A DNA stretch of 12,595 nucleotides from a virus (Duplodnaviria > Heunggongvirae > Uroviricota > Caudoviricetes), in IMG/VR virus record IMGVR_UViG_2690316345_000019, one strand, 5' to 3'. The notes below the pieces were generated by a model. The model ran no database searches and was not told where the DNA came from. It saw only the letters and a program-made list of their open reading frames with translations. Below, in pieces: positions 8,335-12,595 of the stretch. Position 1 is the stretch's first letter. Every line of letters starts with the position of its first letter. The position numbers and the translations under genes are program-made.

Positions 8335-9431
8335 ATTTCAGCTCTGAACTGCTTAACAAAGGCAACAAAACTCCCGCATTCAGCATCAGTATTGAGGGCA
8401 GGGATATCACTACTGTCCTGGATAAGCGCCTGATGAGTCTGACGCTGACGGACAACCGGGGCTTTGAAGCAGACCAGCTTGATCTGGAGCTGGACGACGC
8501 CGACGGAAAAATCGTGCTGCCTCGCCGTGGTGCGGTCATTACGTTGGCGCTGGGCTGGAAGGGGCAGCCGCTTTTCCCGAAAGGGGCATTCACGGTGGAC
8601 GAGATTGAACACACTGGCGCACCGGACCGCCTGACTATCCGGGCGCGAAGTGCTGATTTTAGGGAAACGCTGAATACCCGCCGCGAAAAATCGTGGCACA
8701 AGACCACTGTCGGGGAAGTGGTGAAGGAAATAGCCGCACGTCACAAGCTGAAGATGGCACTGGGTAAAGACCTGTCGGATAAGCCCGTGGAGCATATAGA
8801 CCAGACTAATGAGAGTGACGGTAGTTTTCTGATGCGGCTGGCGCGCCAGTACGGTGCTATTGCGTCGGTGAAAAATGGCAATCTGTTATTCATCCGGCAG
8901 GGACAGGGTAAAAGTGCCAGCGGTAAACCACTGCCGGTGATCACTATCACACGTAAGGACGGCGACAGTCACCGCTTTACCCTGGCAGATCGCGGAGCTT
9001 ACACGGGCGTAATTGCCAGCTGGTTGCATACCCGCGAACCCACGAAGAAAGAAAGCACTACAGTGAAGCGTAAGCGCAGGACTAAGGCCCAGAAGAAAGA
9101 GCCGGAAGCGAAGCAGGGCGATTACCTAGTGGGTACGGATGAAAACGTGCTGGTACTTAATCGCACTTATGCCAACCGGAGCAACGCCGAACGAGCGGCG
9201 AAAATGCAGTGGGAACGCCTGCAACGCGGTGTTGCGTCATTCTCACTACAACTGGCAGAAGGGCGGGCGGATCTCTACACGGAAATGCCAGTGAAAGTCA
9301 GTGGCTTTAAACAGCCGATAGATGATGCGGAATGGACCATTACGACTCTGACGCATACCGTCAGCTCGGATAACGGTTTTACGACCAGTCTGGAGCTTGA
9401 AGTGAGGATTGATGATTTCGAAATGGAATGA
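8331..9431 (+). CDS. D: Tail protein D (P2 gpD, late control gene D family)
   Basis: 366 aa. GTG start overlaps the U stop (GTGA). Its position before ogr matches P2 synteny. Confidence 0.85.
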   Translation: MNFSSELLNKGNKTPAFSISIEGRDITTVLDKRLMSLTLTDNRGFEADQLDLELDDADGKIVLPRRGAVITLALGWKGQPLFPKGAFTVDEIEHTGAPDRLTIRARSADFRETLNTRREKSWHKTTVGEVVKEIAARHKLKMALGKDLSDKPVEHIDQTNESDGSFLMRLARQYGAIASVKNGNLLFIRQGQGKSASGKPLPVITITRKDGDSHRFTLADRGAYTGVIASWLHTREPTKKESTTVKRKRRTKAQKKEPEAKQGDYLVGTDENVLVLNRTYANRSNAERAAKMQWERLQRGVASFSLQLAEGRADLYTEMPVKVSGFKQPIDDAEWTITTLTHTVSSDNGFTTSLELEVRIDDFEME

Positions 9432-9521
9432 TTCTTCGCAATGGAGAACTTTTAAGTTTGCAAAATAGAATAATGCGGTATCATTATTGTGAATTTAGCA
9501 AAAATGGGGAGAACTCGAAAA

Positions 9522-9740
9522 ATGATGATTTGCCCACTGTGTGGAAGTGCCGCCCATACTCGCAGCAGTTTTCAGGTATCTTCATTGACCAAAGAGCGTT
9601 ACAACCAGTGCCAGAACATTAACTGCAGCCATACTTTTGTTACCCATGAAACTTTTGTTCGTTCGATTGCAACGCCAAAAGAGTCAAATCCGGTTCAGCC
9701 GCATCCAATGAAATCAGGACAGGTGGCGCTCTCTCTTTGA
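9522..9740 (+). CDS. ogr: Ogr/Delta-family zinc-finger late transcription activator
   Basis: MMICPLCGSAAHTRSS...YNQCQNINCSHTF has the four-Cys C-x2-C...C-x4-C motif and resembles P2 Ogr as I recall it. RBS GGGGAGA at 9507-9513. The ORF track's GTG at 9489 would add an unlikely N-terminal extension. Confidence 0.85.
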   Translation: MMICPLCGSAAHTRSSFQVSSLTKERYNQCQNINCSHTFVTHETFVRSIATPKESNPVQPHPMKSGQVALSL

Positions 9741-9816
9741 CGCTGCCGCCATTTTGTCGCCATCGTTAAAAAACAGTGTTTCTAACATCATGATTTTAAA
9801 CAGCTTAAATTTCAGG

Positions 9817-9863
9817 CAACAAAAAACCCATCAACCTTGAACCGAAATGGCGGGGTTGATGGG
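9817..9863 (-). terminator. Rho-independent terminator on the minus strand (stem cccatcaacc/ggttgatggg followed by UUUUUUGUUG); it terminates ybjL transcription and may coincide with the prophage attachment core
   Basis: 10-bp perfect stem at 9827-9836 and 9854-9863, with a long loop that can extend the stem by further pairing. A6 run at 9821-9826 on the + strand gives a U6 run on the minus-strand transcript. Confidence 0.5.
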
Positions 9864-9975
9864 CTCCACAAAATGGGGACATCAAAGAAAAGCAGTGGCA
9901 CTAATTAAGACTGATGCCCTGCGGAAAAGTTCTGCGGTTGTGCAAAAAAATTTCATTTTCAGGGCAACTTCAGTT

Positions 9976-11661
9976 TTATCCTAATCCTGGCCATACCATG
10001 ACGATGATTGTCCCTGCCAGCGTCAGCAGGACGTTGGCGATTGCATAGGTGCCCGCATAGCCCAGCGCCGGGATGTTACTGCGAGCTGTATCACTGATGA
10101 TCTCCATTGCCGGCGCGCAGGTACGTGCGCCCATCATTGCGCCGAACAACAGCGCGCGGTTCATTCGCAATACATAAGCACCGAACAAGAAACAGATAAC
10201 CACGGGCACCAGACTGACAATCAATCCGGCAATCAACATCTGACCGCCAATCGCGCCCAGACCGTTATTAATACCGCTACCGGCGCTCAGACCAACGCCT
10301 GCCATAAACACCATCAAGCCGAACTCTTTCACCATGCTTAATGCACCCTGCGGAATGTAACCGAAGGTCGGGTGGTTAGCACGCATAAAGCCCAGCATAA
10401 TTCCGGCGAATAACAACCCGGCAGCGTTCCCCATGCCGAAACTGAATGTGCTGAACTGGAAGGTGATCATCCCGATCATCAGCCCAATAACAAAGAAGGC
10501 GCAAAATGCCAGCAGGTCAGTGACCTGGCTGTGAATCGAGATAAAGCCGATGCGATCGGCGATGGTTTTTACGCGACGGGCATCACCGCTGACTTGTAAA
10601 ACGTCACCTTTGTTAAGCACGACGTTGTCATCTATCGGCATCTCAATCTGGCTACGAATGACGCGGTTAAGGAAGCAACCGTGATCGGTCAACTTCAGTT
10701 GTGCGAGACGTTTACCTACAGCGTTATGGTTTTTAACGACCACTTCTTCAGTGACGATACGCATGTCGAGAAGGTCACGATCGAAAACTTCTTTACCGTT
10801 ACGGAAGCTGGGATCGAGTCGGGCATGGGCGTCGGGATAGCCTACCAACGCTATTTCATCGCCCATTTGTAGCACGGCATCACCGTCTGGATTTGCCAGA
10901 ATCCCGTTACGTCGAATACGTTCAATGTAGCAGCCGGTTTGTCGATAAATACCCAGTTCACGCAGATTTTTGCCGTCGGTCCAGGCCACCAGCTCCGGGC
11001 CGACGCGATAGGCGCGGATCACCGGTAAATAAACCTTACGGTTGGCATCAGTGTCCAGGCCACGTTCGCGGGCGATTTGCTGGGCGCTGGTCTGTAAGTC
11101 CTGATGCTGCAATTTCGGCAAGTAACGCGCACCAACAATCAAACTCACCAGACCGATTAAATAGGTTAAGGCATACCCGAGGCTCAGATTATCCAGTGCC
11201 AGTGAGAGCTGCCTGCTTTCCATGCCGGAATGACGCAGTGTATCGCCAGCACCGACCAGAACCGGTGTCGACGTCATAGAGCCTGCTAACATACCGGCCG
11301 TCAGGCCAATATCCCAGCCAAACAGCTTACCTAACCCTAAGGCGATCACCAGCGCACTGCCAACCATCACCAGTGCTAACATTAGGTAATTTTTCCCATC
11401 GCGAAAAAAAATGGAAAAAAAGTTCGGTCCGGCTTCAACCCCAACACAGAAAATAAACAGCATAAAGCCAAGATTAAGCGCATCGGTGTTAATGCTGAAA
11501 TGTTGTTGGCCTAATAACAGCGATACGACTAAAACGCCAATGGAATTACCCAGTTGGATCGAACCAAGTCGTAACTTTCCGAGACATAGCCCAAGCGCGA
11601 GGACCACAAATAATAACAGAATGTAATTCCCATTTAACAATTCGGCGACGTTTATATTCAC
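9976..11661 (-). CDS. ybjL: Putative transport protein YbjL (AAE-family transporter with two TrkA-C/RCK-C domains)
   Basis: 561-aa product beginning [17 protein letters not shown], matching E. coli YbjL as I recall it. GTG start. It sits next to ybjM and grxA as in E. coli K-12. Confidence 0.92.
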
Positions 11662-11930
11662 GGAGGCTAACTTCTTGTTTACTAGTAAGCTGTTGAAAGA
11701 AATGGTAATTTACGATAATGTTTTTTACCAGAATTCAGGGCGCAGATTCATTCAGCGCACCTAAACGATAGTAAAGTAACAATATATTTTACTAGTGTAA
11801 TCACATTAGGTATCAACGGCTATATGAATTGCGTTGGCCTATATTAGCATGGAATGCGAAGCGGCTTTATCTTACTGAACGCCACACTGGCGAAAAATGT
11901 GTTCGATAGACGCAGTGTCAGGAGGAACGA

Positions 11931-12308
11931 GTGAAACATAAACAACGTTGGGCGGGGGCAATCTGCTGTTTTGTCCTCTTCATTGTGGTGTGCCTTTTTC
12001 TGGCGACGCACATGAAAGGCGCTTTTCGGGCTGCCGGGCATCCTGAAATCGGCTTGCTATTTTTCATTCTTCCTGGAGCAGTCGCCAGCTTCTTTTCACA
12101 GCGTAGAGAAGTCCTGAAACCTCTGTTTGGCGCAATGCTGGCGGCACCCTGTTCGATGCTCATTATGCGGCTGTTTTTTTCACCGACGCGCTCATTCTGG
12201 CAAGAGCTGGCATGGTTATTAAGTGCGGTGTTCTGGTGTGCGCTGGGGGCACTGTGTTTCTTATTTATCAGTAGTTTGTTTAAACCACAGCACAGAAAAA
12301 ATCAGTAA
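11931..12308 (+). CDS. ybjM: Inner membrane protein YbjM
   Basis: 125-aa hydrophobic protein beginning MKHKQRWAGAICCFVLF. GTG start preceded by AGGAGG at 11920-11925. Divergent from ybjL. Confidence 0.88.
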   Translation: MKHKQRWAGAICCFVLFIVVCLFLATHMKGAFRAAGHPEIGLLFFILPGAVASFFSQRREVLKPLFGAMLAAPCSMLIMRLFFSPTRSFWQELAWLLSAVFWCALGALCFLFISSLFKPQHRKNQ

Positions 12309-12328
12309 AGCCCTCAACGCGAGGGCTT
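12308..12328. terminator. Hairpin between convergent ybjM and grxA; most plausibly the grxA terminator
   Basis: 8-bp stem 12308-12315 / 12321-12328 with a 5-nt loop. On the minus strand it is followed by UACUGAUUUUUU. No U-run follows on the + strand. Confidence 0.45.
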
Positions 12329-12337
12329 GTCAGACGA

Positions 12338-12595
12338 TCAGGCGTCCAGATTTTCTTTCACCCATGCAGCAAAATCGGTATAGCCGCCGATATGTTGCTG
12401 ATCGACAAAAATCTGCGGCACGGTTTCTACGGGTTTACCTGCCTTTTGTTGTAGATCTTCTTTAGTGATCCCTTCCGCACGAATATCTACATAGTGATAC
12501 TGAAAATCATCGTGTTCATTGCTCAATTTCTCAGCCAGATCTTTTGCACGCACACAGTAAGGGCAACCCGGACGACCAAAAATAACGGTTTGCAT
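12338..12595 (-). CDS. grxA: Glutaredoxin 1
   Basis: 85 aa with the CPYC active site (MQTVIFGRPGCPYCVRAK...). Its start codon is the last three bases of the window. Confidence 0.93.
   Translation of the reverse strand: MQTVIFGRPGCPYCVRAKDLAEKLSNEHDDFQYHYVDIRAEGITKEDLQQKAGKPVETVPQIFVDQQHIGGYTDFAAWVKENLDA

Larger units (their letters stand above)
230..9863. mobile_element. Right arm of a P2-like (Peduovirus-type) prophage or prophage remnant; right boundary somewhere in 9741-9975, left extent not determinable from this window
   Basis: Conserved gene order: inversion cassette, invertase, FI, FII, E/E', T, U, D, ogr, then host genes. In P2, ogr is the last late gene before the attachment site. 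Confidence 0.85.

Noticed and set aside
8145-8795. 216-aa and 134-aa minus-strand ORFs overlapping the U/D junction
   Set aside because: Entirely antisense to U and D, which are syntenic and translationally coupled. No independent support.
9428-9622. 64-aa ORF overlapping the D stop and the ogr start
   Set aside because: Out of frame with ogr, which has the clear zinc-finger signature and an RBS. Most of it lies in the ogr leader and coding region.
9817-9863. Hairpin as a tRNA fragment (a common phage attachment target)
   Set aside because: There is no cloverleaf-compatible arrangement, no T-loop GTTC motif and no CCA-proximal acceptor stem. It fits an intrinsic terminator better.
10893-11279. 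128-aa plus-strand ORF inside ybjL
   Set aside because: Antisense to the ybjL coding sequence, Arg/Pro-rich, and without an RBS.
1-12595. CRISPR arrays, rRNA or tRNA genes, IS elements
   Set aside because: No regularly spaced direct repeats, no transposase-like ORFs with terminal inverted repeats, and no RNA gene signatures were seen.

Overview
This window is the right arm of a P2-like (Peduovirus-type) prophage or prophage remnant, joined to the enterobacterial core genes ybjL, ybjM and grxA (E. coli-like). From left to right: a 67% G+C non-coding stretch with strong hairpins (1-241); a Mu G-segment-like invertible cassette (242-1817) bounded by a perfect 23-bp inverted repeat and carrying two convergent tail-fibre C-terminal cassettes and two tail-fibre assembly genes; an intact Gin/Hin/Cin/Pin-family serine invertase; a late promoter with a TGT-N12-ACA Ogr dyad; the tail module (sheath FI, tube FII, E and frameshifted E+E', tape measure T, U, D) and ogr; a junction with a minus-strand intrinsic terminator; then ybjL (-), ybjM (+) and grxA (-). 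I found no defence or other accessory cargo, no RNA genes and no CRISPR array. The most unusual signal is that the inversion switch looks orphaned: no tail-fibre constant region lies upstream in any frame, and phage-like sequence ends at the left crossover site. All homology calls rest on recalled family signatures, not on searches.
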